From NCBI GenBank assembly GCA_012295275.1, contig CM022667.1, positions 1,798,001-1,862,000 of the forward strand: a DNA stretch of 64,000 nucleotides, given 5' to 3'. Made by a program: the position numbers and the translations under genes. The stretch comes from Chrysomallon squamiferum. Lineage: Eukaryota > Animalia > Mollusca. The notes below the pieces were generated by a model. That model had not been told where the DNA came from. It made no database searches and saw only the letters and a program-made list of their open reading frames with translations. Each line of letters opens with the position of its first letter. Position 1 is the stretch's first letter. Shown piece after piece: positions 25,807 through 39,692 of the stretch.

Positions 25807-27424
25807 CTATATACATACATTACAACGATCACTAACACTACCGTTACTATATATACATACTAAAATATAAAACCCAAGACAGAAGTAAAATGACAAAGAT
25901 ATCGAAGAAAAAAGTAATACATTTAATTCTTTCCCAACCCCCACCCTAAAGCAACCCTTCCCAAAAAGAAAAAGAAAATCTCCCAGTATACATAATATTA
26001 TGTATTTAAAATTGTCTCTTGAAAAAACAGAAAAAAGACAGCAAAACAGAAAAAAAAAAAAAAAAAAAAACCAAACAACAGAAACACAAACAACAAAAAA
26101 AAAACAATGATAATTAATATAAATATATATGAAAGGAAAAAAATATAACATTACTGAAGGTACTCTATTACGATTATGAAAAACGTAGTTTTTAAATTAA
26201 GAATAAATGTCAGTTTGAAATGAAAGACAAATACGAAAACTATATTTTCTGATCACGAAAAATCTAGAGATAAAAATAGTCCTTTCAGTTTTTTGATTCA
26301 GTCAGTTTAGTTTATTTACTTTAATAATGGACTATTAATATTCAGTGAATGCCGTTTTGATTAAAAATATTCTAGTGTTTGTGTAGATAACAATTAATTT
26401 ATTTTCATATATAACTGCAAATATTTTTTCTGCTTTTTAAAAAAGTGCTGATTCACCGAGGTTTCAAGTCATTACAGTTCAGTTATTACACTAATAACTC
26501 GTAAATTATATAATGATATATATTAAAACACTTAAGACCATGGACATACATATTATATTATATTATTAATAAAACATGTATGTTAATGGTAAAATTAATA
26601 CTTTTGACCAAGCTCACAAGATTATAATTGAAACAAATATATATATTTGATCATTTTTTAATAAATGTAAATATTATAAATATTTTTTTAATAAATGTAA
26701 ATATTATAAATATTTTTTTAATAAATAAACACACTGTAATATTTTTAATAAATATACATTTTATTTTATTAATAAAACACATTACAAGCGAACACGAATG
26801 CATAAATAACATATATTCCATATTACTAATAAAACAGATGTATGTTAACGTGTGAATAAAATACTTTTGACAGTTGACAAATAGAATTATTATATTATCA
26901 ATAAAAGACTCGACATCTGCATCATGTACATTATAAACTACGGTTAAAATAACATACTCATGGCAATGCAGATATTTACTTGCTTACATATTTATCATTT
27001 GAGCAAACAGAAATATACTTTCTAGTATTAATAAGAAGATATTGGCCACGGAAGAGTGCATTAGGACCACGCACAGATATATTACATATATAAATAGTAT
27101 GTTATTAGATCTGAAAACATATAAATATTCGAAATGAAATATATTTCCCGTCACCTACATATAATTTATATGTGTATGTATAAAAAAAAAAAAAAAAAAG
27201 GCTTGAAATGCGAATCTTGGTCATAATGTTAATGACGAATTCTAATCAATAAAACTATTTTTGTCTGTGCTGATGTATATTATAGTATACATGCCAGTGG
27301 CTATGCATATCCACATCTGTCTATCTCTTTACCCATCTCTCGCTAATCTATCGGTCTAATTTATCTGTCTGTCTATTGATCGATGCATCCATCCACCTGT
27401 ACATTCATATACTTACCTACAACC

Positions 27425-27500
<76 letters not shown>

Positions 27501-27829
27501 ATGTCTCTCTCTCTCTCTGTGTCTCTCTCTCTTTCTATTTATATACACAAACACACAGGCATAAATGCATACATGCCAATACAAATACATCTTAAAGTAA
27601 GAATAATACAAATTTGTCAGTGTAAATATCTATTACAATAAAAAAAGATACTGACTCATGCTGACATGAACATGTCTCAAATATTTATTATTATTATTTA
27701 GTTGTAAAACAAATTCTGACTCATTGATTTGTTTAATCAGCAGGTATGAATGAACGACAGTTAGCGAGAATGGAAAGCTGTTTCCATCAATAAATCGTGC
27801 ATTATTGATTCATTAGTTCATGCAGTCAA

Positions 27830-28460
27830 AATTTCTGCGTGCAAATCTGTCACTGTGATTTATATGACATAAATTTAAAATGTTTGTTTCACAATTTTCT
27901 ACACACTAGATTTAATCACAATGACTTCTTTTAACATACATTTTAAATATTGATTTCCTTTTTTTTTTAATTGTATTTTTTGAGTAAGTAAATATTTATT
28001 GCAGAAAACTGTAAATACAAAACTTTGGCGATCGTTTATTTAACATAACTTTTAAATGTTTATTTCACAATTTTCTACATGTAAATCTGTCACAATGATT
28101 TATTTAACATAACTTCTAAATGTTTATTTCACAATTTTCTACATGTAAATCTGTCACAATAATTTATTTAACATAAACTCTATTTATTGCAGAAAACTGT
28201 AAATACAAAACTTTGACGATCGTATATTTAACATAAATTCTAAATATTTATATCAGAAAACTGTAAATACAAAACTTTGTCAATCGTTTATTTAACATAA
28301 ATTCTTAATGTTTATTTCTCAATTTTCTGCATGTAAATCTGACACAATGATTCATTTAACATAAACTCTAAATATTTATTGCAGAAAACTGTAAATACAA
28401 AACGTTGTCAATCGTTTATTTAACATAAATTCTAAACGTTTATTTCACAATTTTCTGCAA
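27830..28460. repeat. ~64-bp minisatellite with two interspersed unit types
   Basis: Shared TTTAACATAAATTCTAAAT segment followed by either TATTTCACAATTTTCT(A/G)CA (type A) or TGCAGAAAACTGTAAATA (type B). Confidence 0.9.
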
Positions 28461-29360
28461 ACAAGACTATCACATGTATATAGCTGGTTTCTGCGTTAAA
28501 CGTCAGAGGGTAAAAAAGTACTGAACGATATTGCGGTTGCTACAGTCATTAGAGTAATAGTTACTTTTCTCCAGGAATGATAATGTCTCGTTGCCACGAT
28601 TAATCAGTCAAAATACGAAATTAATTACGTATAATTAAACACTGTGACGTCTTGTGAAAATACTTCGATAAAATACAACAGATGTTCTGTTCCACAAACT
28701 CTTATCATCTGCACGCAGCTTACAGATTGTATATAATAGTTAGAACAGTTGCAGTTGGCATCGTAGAATGCATCATCATCATCATCATCATTATCATCTT
28801 TGTCTAGCACCGCCGTCATCGTTATTTCAACCATCATGATTAACGTCATCACCACTGTAACGCCTTTACAACAGTCATCATCAACAACGAAAACACCTTC
28901 TTGTGCTGCCATGGCTCATAAGCTTCATCATCATCATCTTCACCATTATTGCTGTTATTACCATCACCAACGTAACACTTCAAACTTGTCGTCATCACTA
29001 CCATCAGGATAACCATTATCACCGTCGTCGGCGTCATAGTCGTCATCATCTTCGTCATCATCATCAACATCAACATCATCGTCGTAATAAATTTTGTTCT
29101 ATAACTACCATTACTTTTCTGGGTTTTTTTCTTTTCGTTTTCTTATTTTATGTTTTTCTTTCTTTCTTTCTTTTTTTCTTTATATCTTCTTCTTCCTCTT
29201 CATTTTTTTTTTTGTTCACTGTTATTCACTTTTAAACCTTAATGTAATTTAACTAAAACACGTTGGACTTGGTTGATCGCCAAACTCAGCAGTCATTTGT
29301 AATTCTGAACTAGACAAACATACTTTTTCCATCAACAGAGAAATAAAAAAAACATAAAGA

Positions 29361-29394
<34 letters not shown>

Positions 29395-30466
29395 ATAAAA
29401 AAATATAGCTAATAAAACAGGAGAATAGTTCTGTTTCCCTTAATCTTTTTATCGTTTGCAAAAACACAATGAAACTGGTAGCAGTTTATAAAAACAGTTA
29501 GATGAGTTTTATTATTTTTGTTTTTATTATTGTTCTTGATGACGCCAAAGAAGCATATGTTTCTGCCGTTTTTGTTAACATCGTCATCATCATCATCATT
29601 ATTACTACAACTGTTGTTATTGTGTTGCACGTATAAGCTAGTGTGCAAGTACATAACTAAGTATGTATATATGTATGTTTTTTTATATACATGTATATAT
29701 GTATGTATGCATGTATGTATGTGCATAGGTACGTATTACTTTTTTCTCTGCACAACATATTTTAAAAAAAAAATGTGTTACACTATAAATTAGTATGCAG
29801 GTAAGTATGTAAGTTTCAGTGTGTTTATGTATATTTGCACATGTATGTACGTATTACTTTTTTTCTGTCTTTGTATCTACTACATATCTTTAATAAATAA
29901 ACCAATAAAAAAGAAATATAAATAAATACCAAAAAAAAAAAAAAAAAAAAAAAAAATAACAATTAGGAATATATCACTGTCAGTCTTAAAACCAATTTCA
30001 GCCTTTCCCGATAAAACGAAACGTAGAATGGATTCTACAGTGTCTTCCTTCCTTCCCTGTCTGTTTTATTTAAAATCTGTGTTTTTCATCTCGCTTCATT
30101 TGTTCATCATCATCTTCTCACTGTCTAGAACAACTTCAGATGAATCCCCAGAGACCTGCCTCTCCGTTCATACGTAATCTCGTTTAAAACTGATCAAGTC
30201 TCTGCCTGTACAAAGTAGTTTAAAATAGCTGTCTGCGCAGGTTAGGTCAAGTAATGTCTCAGTACATTAACCTCTTAAGGTGAAAAGGGTTAGTAGAAGT
30301 CGTGGTGCTTGTCGTTGTGGTAGTAGTAGTAGTAGTGATGGTTGTCATTGTGGTAGTTGTGGTCGTCGTTGTGGTAGTAGTGGTGGTGCTTGTCGTTGTG
30401 GTTGTAGTGGTGATAGTTATAGTAGAAATAGTAACTGTAGTGGTAGTAGTGATAGTAAAGATCAGC

Positions 30467-30930
30467 AGAATTACGTGTGTGATAAAACTATAGAAGTACG
30501 TGTGTGATAAAACTATAGAATTACGTGTATGATAAAACTATAGAATTACGTGTGTGATAAAACTATAGAATTACGTGTGTGATAAAACTATAGAATTACG
30601 TGTGTGATAAAACTATAGAATTACGTGTGTGATAAAACTATAGAATTACGTGTATGATAAAACTATAGAAAGACGTTTATGATAAAACTATAGAATTACC
30701 TGTATGATAAAACTATAGAATTACGTGTATGATAAAACTGTAGAATTACGTGAATGATAAAACTATAGAATTACGTGTATGATAAAACTATAGAATTACG
30801 TTTATGATAAAACTGTAGAATTACGTGTATGATAAAACTATAGAATTACGTTTATGATAAAACTATAGAATTACGTGCATGATAAAACTGTAGAATTACG
30901 TGTATGACAAAACCATATAATTACGTATGT
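30467..30930. repeat. 25-bp minisatellite (GATAAAACTATAGAATTACGTGT[G/A]T)n, ~18 copies
   Basis: Period 25 (e.g. 30481, 30506, 30531); high identity between units. Confidence 0.97.
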
Positions 30931-31388
30931 GGCAAAAAGTCATACACAGATCCTTCTTCGTCTTGTTCAGAGCAAATAAAATGTGTCTTGACATAATAAT
31001 CCTGGTTCCAGTTCTTTTATATATGTGTCAGGTATCTCGTTATCAGCGAGTGGCCAGTTCTCATCTCATGTTAGGATGACAAGAACTGAAATCAGTTCAC
31101 GTTATATCAGATTAATTAACTGTTTGAAAAACACTCGTGACAGCGGAAAAATGTTTCATCTTTCTTTTGTTGTCAACACTGTCGCCATCGTTGTTGATTA
31201 ACTGCCATCACAAGAGGTTATTGCTAAACCATACATTTTCGTCATTATAAATTGTAACCACAGTCGTCATCAGTAGGATCAGTATCGTTATGTTATAGTC
31301 ATTATTATGATCATCTTTATTGTTATTATTCTTGCACTGTGTTACACAAAGAGAGAGAGAAGGAGTAGGGGACTGAGAGTTGTGAGAG

Positions 31389-31482
<94 letters not shown>

Positions 31483-32900
31483 GTAATTAGAAGAAAATGG
31501 AGACTGTGAGACAGCGAAAACAAGACACGTCATAGGGTGAATGAGACAGAGAAAGAACCACAAGAGACAAAAAAGAAGAAGAACCAAATTATCGACAAAT
31601 CACATCTTTACAGAGACTAAGCAGTTAATTTTATGCTTACTTCTTCAACGCCATAAGATTTAATTAGCGGCAAATTATCTTGATAATTCATTGCCGTCAT
31701 TGCCAGATTTAATAAGGAAGGCAGACTGAGTATGTGAAATGCTTTCGTTTCAGACGATTATACAGACAGAATATATTACTTTATAGCAATTCATGTAAAA
31801 TAAAAAAAAAAAAAAATAATTAAAAAAAAAAATTAAAAGAATGAAAAAAAAAAAAAAAAAAAAAAAAAATGTATTATAAAAATGTAAAGTCTTGTAAAAT
31901 CTTCTCTTTAAATGTATTCCTAACTTTAAACACATAAATTTTATATATAATTATAAAGAATAAATGAAAGTGAATTTTTTTTTTTTTGTAAGTAGTATTG
32001 GCCATGTGTTTTCTTTTTATTAAGTTAAAGTTCCTTTTTTATTATTATTATTATTATAAGTACTGAAATGTCAAATCCATACATCTGTGCTATAAATCAT
32101 AGTGTAAATAGGTAACCAAGTTGACAAATAGCTTTTTATATAAAGGTTAAAACACAGTAAGTTTAAAATGAAAAAAAAAAAAAAAAAAAAAAAATATTAA
32201 AAAAAAAATAATAATAATAAAAAAAAAATTAAAAATATAAAGATAAAAGAAAAGATTAGAAAAAGACAAAATAATGAACAAACTGTCTGTCTGTCTCTCA
32301 CCCCCCTACCCCTTCCCACAAAAAGACAGCCTGCCGAACATGGCCAAACACAGAAACTAACAAACAACACAACTGTCTTACACCGAAAATTTATCTTGTA
32401 ACCGAAATATCATTTCTTCGTTTTAAACAGCCATTTACGAACACTAAGCCTTAATGAATGATATGTTGAAATTCAGGTGCGTTAAAAGCATTTTAACTCT
32501 TGCTGTTAATGGATTTTCATTTGCCTCGAGGAAGCCATTAACCGGCTGTGACGGAATAACATCACGTGACCTCTCTAGTACCCAGAGCGCCAGGAGGGGC
32601 GGGCCTAATTACCTGCGATGTAATTATCCAGAACAATACAAAAAGGACATTTATGTAGGTATATAATTTTAATTCTGGATATAAAATGAACTCTCATAAT
32701 AAAAAAAAAGAAAAAAAAAAGAAGAGAAGAATTTATCACAGAATAAAAACAAGAATATGAAAAGAAAACATCAACAAAATACAAAGATAAGAAAAATTCA
32801 ATGGCCTCAATTTGTCTTTCTTTTATAACAATCTCTGACTTAATGTAGAAGTGAAAAGGACCACAATATTTAGATCACCTTGGTGATTTATGACAAAAAA

Positions 32901-33006
<106 letters not shown>

Positions 33007-34228
33007 TTAGGAGAACAATGACTAATAATAATGTCTGTACTAAAACGCCAGCATGAAAAGAAACACTTGACACACGCACACACACACACACACACACATA
33101 TAATCACGATACAGGAGTTCAGAAACAGTTACGACAAGACTGGCTAGTTGAGAGATTTAATGACGAAACGATTAACAGAATCCTGCTCGTGCAGTCAGTG
33201 GGAAAAGCGCCAAGGTGCAGCAGATGTCACATGGAGGTTTTCCGTGTTTGAAGCTGGGTTTTTTATGGTTATTAACTTCGCTGATTGGTCACGTGACATG
33301 AAGGTGTGGTTTAATGTGTTTTCCAGATGTTTCGAGCATTTTATGGTCATTTGATACTGAAATGAGAATACTATATAAATTGTTGTATTTATATGTGTAT
33401 GTGTGTGTTTGTTTCTGTGTGTATTCATGTGTGATTGTATGAATGTATATGTATGTATCTATGTTACGTGTGTCAGTATATATGCATATTTATAAATATG
33501 TTTGTATGTCTGGTTGATGTGTGTTTTTTGTATGCATTTTTGCGTAATAATTATTTGTTACATGTGTCCGTGTGTATAATTATGTATGCATGTATGTATG
33601 AATGACTCTTCGTGTGCAAACAGAGACATCATTTTGTTAAGTAATTGAAACTTTATGAAACAAGTTTGAGCAATTATTAAATATATTTGTAATATATATA
33701 ACATTCAGATATAACACAAAATATTTTTATTCGTTTACATCAATTTTTATTCAGTTATTCTTTACAAAAATATGCAGTTTAATATCAACTCACTTTTAAT
33801 TTGTTTTGTTTAGAAGAAAAAATAGAGAAGAGGAACATTTTTTTCTTTTTGCCTTTCTCTGTTTGTTATAAAAAAAGATTTGAAAGGTTCTATACTGAAA
33901 CCCATCCCTTAATTTAACTTTTAAGTATTTATTGCTTACAGCAGACAATTTATTAACAAGAAAATAAAAACGAGAAAATAATAATAAAAAAATACGAACA
34001 TAAATAATGTTAATAAGCGCAACATTTCCTTGGTAATAAATAAACTGGCGACTTTTAAATTTTTTATTTAATTTAATTTTAATTTTAATTTTTTTATTTA
34101 TTTATTTTTTTAAATATATTTTCATACACATAATATATTAGCTAAGGTTATTTCGTTTTAAAAGCTTGAGAAAGAGAATATTACTGAAAAATGGTATGTT
34201 AAAGTTGACACATGTAGAAAATAATAAG

Positions 34229-34284
<56 letters not shown>

Positions 34285-36118
34285 AAAGTTTAATAAATAC
34301 ACCCACTCACCCACATATACACAAATTATATGACACGACTCGATATGAAAGAATATCATATTTTACACAGAAAATTCCTAGGGCGGAGTAAAAGCAAACT
34401 GCACCGTCTAAATATAAACGTATTAATAAAATATTAACTGTACGTACACGGTAGGTAATCAAATAAACATGAATACTAAAAATCAGGTTCCACGGAGGTA
34501 AAACTACTAGTTATATATCATTATTATAAATCGATAATACGTACGTTTTCTTTTGTGTTTAAGACAAATAATAAACTATCGGATTTCTCGATTTTACAAG
34601 CCACAGCGTAGACATTATTTTGTGTTTGTTATTTCTATAAGCATTCTGAAAGAAATATTATCTCTTTCTGTTCTGATCTTTTTTTCTTTTCTTTTTTTTT
34701 TTTTTTTTTTTTTTTTACCACGCGAAGCAAGGGTGGTTTAAATGGAATTATTTAAAGGATACAAAATGGAATTATTTATACTTACATATACATACATACA
34801 TACATACATACATACATACATACATACATACATACACACACATATACATACATACATACATACATACATACATACATACATACATACATACACACACACA
34901 TACATACATACGTACATATATACATAAATACATACGTACATACATACAAACATATATAGATACATACATTTATACATACACACACACATACACACACACA
35001 CACACATACATACATACATATATCATATACACATACATTAAAATATATATATACACATATATATTCATATATATATATATACATATATAGAAACATACAT
35101 TCATACATACCCACACATTTACATACATACACACACACATATATATCTATACACACACACATAATAATATACACATTAAAATGCATATATATATATATAT
35201 ATATATATTTACACACACACTGAAACATTAAAACTGCAATCTATACTATTGCTTTTAGGTGAAAACGACTGCATGTGTAAAAAAAAAATAAAAAAAATAA
35301 TAAAAAAATTAACGTGATTTTCTGCACGTGTATGTTTTATTTCGTGCCAATTTAGACTTAACGTTATTATGACTGAACATTCTTTTTTCTACTCACTCAT
35401 TAGTATTGCTATAAATGCTCATCTTAATACGTTTGTATATTTTTCTAAATTCATTTACTTTTTTCGCTGAATACGTTACGTACAGGTAAATATAAAAACA
35501 AACACATACGCACATTATTATATATTCACACACACACACACACTCGCACGCACACAAATATATTTACAAAAACACCAATGACCCGTCTTGTGTGCAATCT
35601 AAACAGTGGCACTAAACTGTCAAAGATCACTTTGAAAATTTTATGCTAGCCTGTTTCCTTGTCAGTTAAGACTTATTTTCTGGCATTTTCTCAGATAAGG
35701 CCCAGAAGATTTAACTTTGTTAACAGTTATGATTGAATTCTGTACACTAAAAACGAGAACTAAATACTGGGATTTTTCAGCTGGTGGTTTTATCGATAGA
35801 CCTCTGACACTGTGAAAGGAGAATGGCGTGATGCGAGGTGGTACTTTAGTCAGACACGAACGTTGAACAGTAATAAAAGTTTGCTAACAAAACGCGAAGA
35901 ATAGTGAAGATAAATCCTCAAAGGAAGTCTAGCAATTATCTCTATCTGTGTCTGTCTGTCTGTCTGTCTGCCTGCCGCTGTGTACGTTTGTTCAGCGGGA
36001 TGTCTATCTTTATGACAGTTTCTCCTCTTTGTTCTTGATGTTTGTTGGATCGTCTGCTTGCCTGTCTGTCAGTGTTTTCTGTCTCTCTGCATGATATATG
36101 TTAAATCAACGTATCATA

Positions 36119-36188
36119 TACCACACTATTAAATTCTCTAACATACTGATCCATATCCATACTAGAGTATACAGTATCTTTTTACCTA

Positions 36189-36248
<60 letters not shown>

Positions 36249-36276
36249 TATCTATATATCTATTTATCTCTCTCTG

Positions 36277-36358
<82 letters not shown>

Positions 36359-36384
36359 AATCTATCTATCTATGTATGTATCTA

Positions 36385-36455
<71 letters not shown>

Positions 36456-36486
36456 CTCTCTGTCTACCTACCTACCTACTTGTCTG

Positions 36487-36582
<96 letters not shown>

Positions 36583-36667
36583 ACTACCTACCTACTTACC
36601 ACACTATTAAATTCTCTAACATACTGATCCATATCCATACTAGAGTATACAGTATATATCTGTATGA

Positions 36668-36707
<40 letters not shown>

Positions 36708-36721
36708 ATCTATATATCTAT

Positions 36722-36781
<60 letters not shown>

Positions 36782-36855
36782 GTATGTATCTATCTATCTA
36801 TCTGTCTATTTATCTCTGTCTGTCTACCTACCTACCTACCTACCTACCTATCCTG

Positions 36856-36952
<97 letters not shown>

Positions 36953-36997
36953 TTATCTCTCTCTGTCTACCTACCTACCTACCTACCTACCTACCTG

Positions 36998-37089
<92 letters not shown>

Positions 37090-37206
37090 ACTACCTACCT
37101 ACTTACCTATCTGTGTGTCTGTTTGTCTGTCTGTCTGTCTATCTATCTATCTGTCTGTCTGTCTGTCTGTCCGCCCGTCTTTCTGTCTATATAATCTATC
37201 TATCTA

Positions 37207-37280
<74 letters not shown>

Positions 37281-37410
37281 CGTCTGTCTGTCTATATAAT
37301 ACATCTATCTATCTGTGTCTGTCTGTCCGTCTGTATGTCTATATAATCTATCTATCTATCTGTGTCTGTCTGTCTGTCTGTCCGTCTGTCTGTCTATATA
37401 ATCTATCTAC
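36119..37410. repeat. Large (TCTA/TCTG/CCTA)n compound microsatellite containing a ~480-bp tandem duplication
   Basis: A unique ~57-nt tag (ccacactattaaattctctaacatactgatccatatccatactagagtatacagtat) occurs at ~36121 and ~36599, each copy followed by a similar order of tetranucleotide blocks. Confidence 0.92.
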
Positions 37411-38765
37411 ATTTCCTTCTTTCTTTAATAGAGACCATTTTTTTTCGTTTAGTATATCTGGGCTTAACAAATCTGATAAATGAAAAACATGATTAACTTT
37501 CTGTTGTTCTGTTTTCGCATTGTCTTGTAATCCATGCATTTACTGTACAAACCAACAGAGTACAATGAACGAGTGTTTTATATTTTGTTTATCTAAAAAG
37601 ATGCAGCGTTAAAAGATTAATGAACGTCGGATTAGGATAAGAGTTAATTATGTATATGTGTATTAAAACGTACATTTAATATATATATATATATTATAGT
37701 AATAATATTAGAAATAGCCGTAAATCCAAATTATTCGTGGCAAAGTTAAGTTTTAATTAGAATTCTGAAATAATAATAATAATGGTAAAAAAAGTGAAAA
37801 AGATAATAACCTGAAATCCATTCTTCAGTATTAATTTAGTTTGTGTTTTATATGCATCTTTAATACATAATGACGTCATAATGACGTTATTATATGATAT
37901 TAAATTTTAATTATTAATTTATATTAATTTTATATTAAATTAGATAGCTGCATGAAGTCAGTGTATATTAAAGTTTATATGACTACACGCAGCAATCTAA
38001 TTTAACTATAGGTATAATTAGTACATAATATTCTTGTTATGATCGTGATTTTTCTTTTTCGTCTTTTATATTTTCAGTTCATCGTTTTCTCTTCTTATTT
38101 TTGTTTTTCTGTGTTCTCACCGTGTTTGGTTTTTTTCTTCTTCCTTCTTGTCTTCAATTCTTCTTTCTCTCTTCTTATTTTTTCTTTCTTTTTTTTTTTT
38201 CTTGTTCTCACCGTATTTATTCTTCTTTTTCTGTTTAAAAAAAAAAATTAACCGTTCTTGTTCTTTTTTATTTTACATGTAGTCTTCAATCAGTTTCTTT
38301 CGATTTTTTAAAATCTTTTTGATCTTGCTTATTTTATTCTTTTATTTTTTTCTACCTTTTTCTTTTCCCTCTTCTGCAACCTATCAATAAATTCTGTTTC
38401 ACTCTACTAAAAAAACATAAAGAAGAATTGTAGACCGAGCCACCTAATTAATCTATATCACGTTCCAACCCGGTGTCCTAAATCGCACTATTTACGGCCA
38501 TGGTTAGTGTCAGGGACTCGCTAATCACCAGTAAATGCCGTGATAGGATCGTATATCTAGGCCATGATTAAATTATGGCCTAACTGTGGGTCGCGTCTGA
38601 TACATACCATAATGTGAATTACTCAAGTAACAAACGTTTATTTCAATACAGACCTAGATTTAGTGAAATAATGATATAAAATCTAGTTCGGAAAGAAACT
38701 GAGTTTTTAATTTTTCTTAATTTTAATTTTTTTATCTTAATATATTTCTTTATTTTGTTTTCTCT

Positions 38766-38799
<34 letters not shown>

Positions 38800-39652
38800 C
38801 TCTCTTTGTGTGTGTTGTCTCGTCTCAGGGAAAGAATAACAGTTCAGTTCAGTTTCATAAACAAAGGGAAAACAGTTCACATTAACAATAACTTTATCAA
38901 ACTTCGCGAGAAAATAACGCAAATTGGAAATTAAATACAATTTTGTCTCTCTAATTTCATTGATTTTTTTTCTCTCATTCTCAAACGACTCATTATCTTT
39001 TATTTTTTTTTTTTTGGTATCTCATTATTTTTTTCTGTGTCCTCGTTTTCTCTGTCCTTCATGTTTTTTTTCTCTTCACTTCTTCTTTCTTTGTCATTAT
39101 CTTTCTTTCTTTCTGTCTGTCTGTCTGTCTGTCTGTTTGACTGTTTGTCTGTCTGTCTATTTAGAAATACTCTTTAATTTCCCGATTATTTTACTGAGAA
39201 CAAAGAAACACACCGCTCTAACAGAATAGCTTTCACATCAGCTAATCCATTAAGACAACCAGAGATATACTTTTATGACGTTTAACTGTCACTGGAAAAA
39301 GCCAGCTTGCCACAAAAAATATTAACTTTGTCAGTACTAATCCTTAAGTTTAGAACATTTTGGATAAGGAAATGGACGATCTTAGCGCTTCTTAATTAAA
39401 AAAAAGAAAAAAGAAAATCTAGTTTTTGGTCAGCGACCGTTGAAAGACTTGACCAAATTTCCATTTCGATTTTGTGTCAGAAATAAGATGGAACATCTCT
39501 CTGCTTATCTCTTAGTGTGTCTGCCTGCCTCTGTCTGTCTGTCTGTCTGTCTACCTATCTGATTGTCTGTTTGAGTGACTGTCTGTCTCTATCTCTCTTT
39601 GTATCTTCTATATGTCTCTATGTCTACCTACCTACATGATTGTCTATTTAAC

Positions 39653-39692
<40 letters not shown>

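Noticed and set aside
30467-30930. 25-bp array as a CRISPR array
   Set aside because: Head-to-tail units without spacers.
36098-37483. ORFs up to 324 aa (LSIY/SVCL repeats)
   Set aside because: Translations of (TCTA/TCTG)n microsatellite. The same applies to the YIHT, MYVC, ERER, SLSL and poly-Y/L/V/I ORFs throughout the track.
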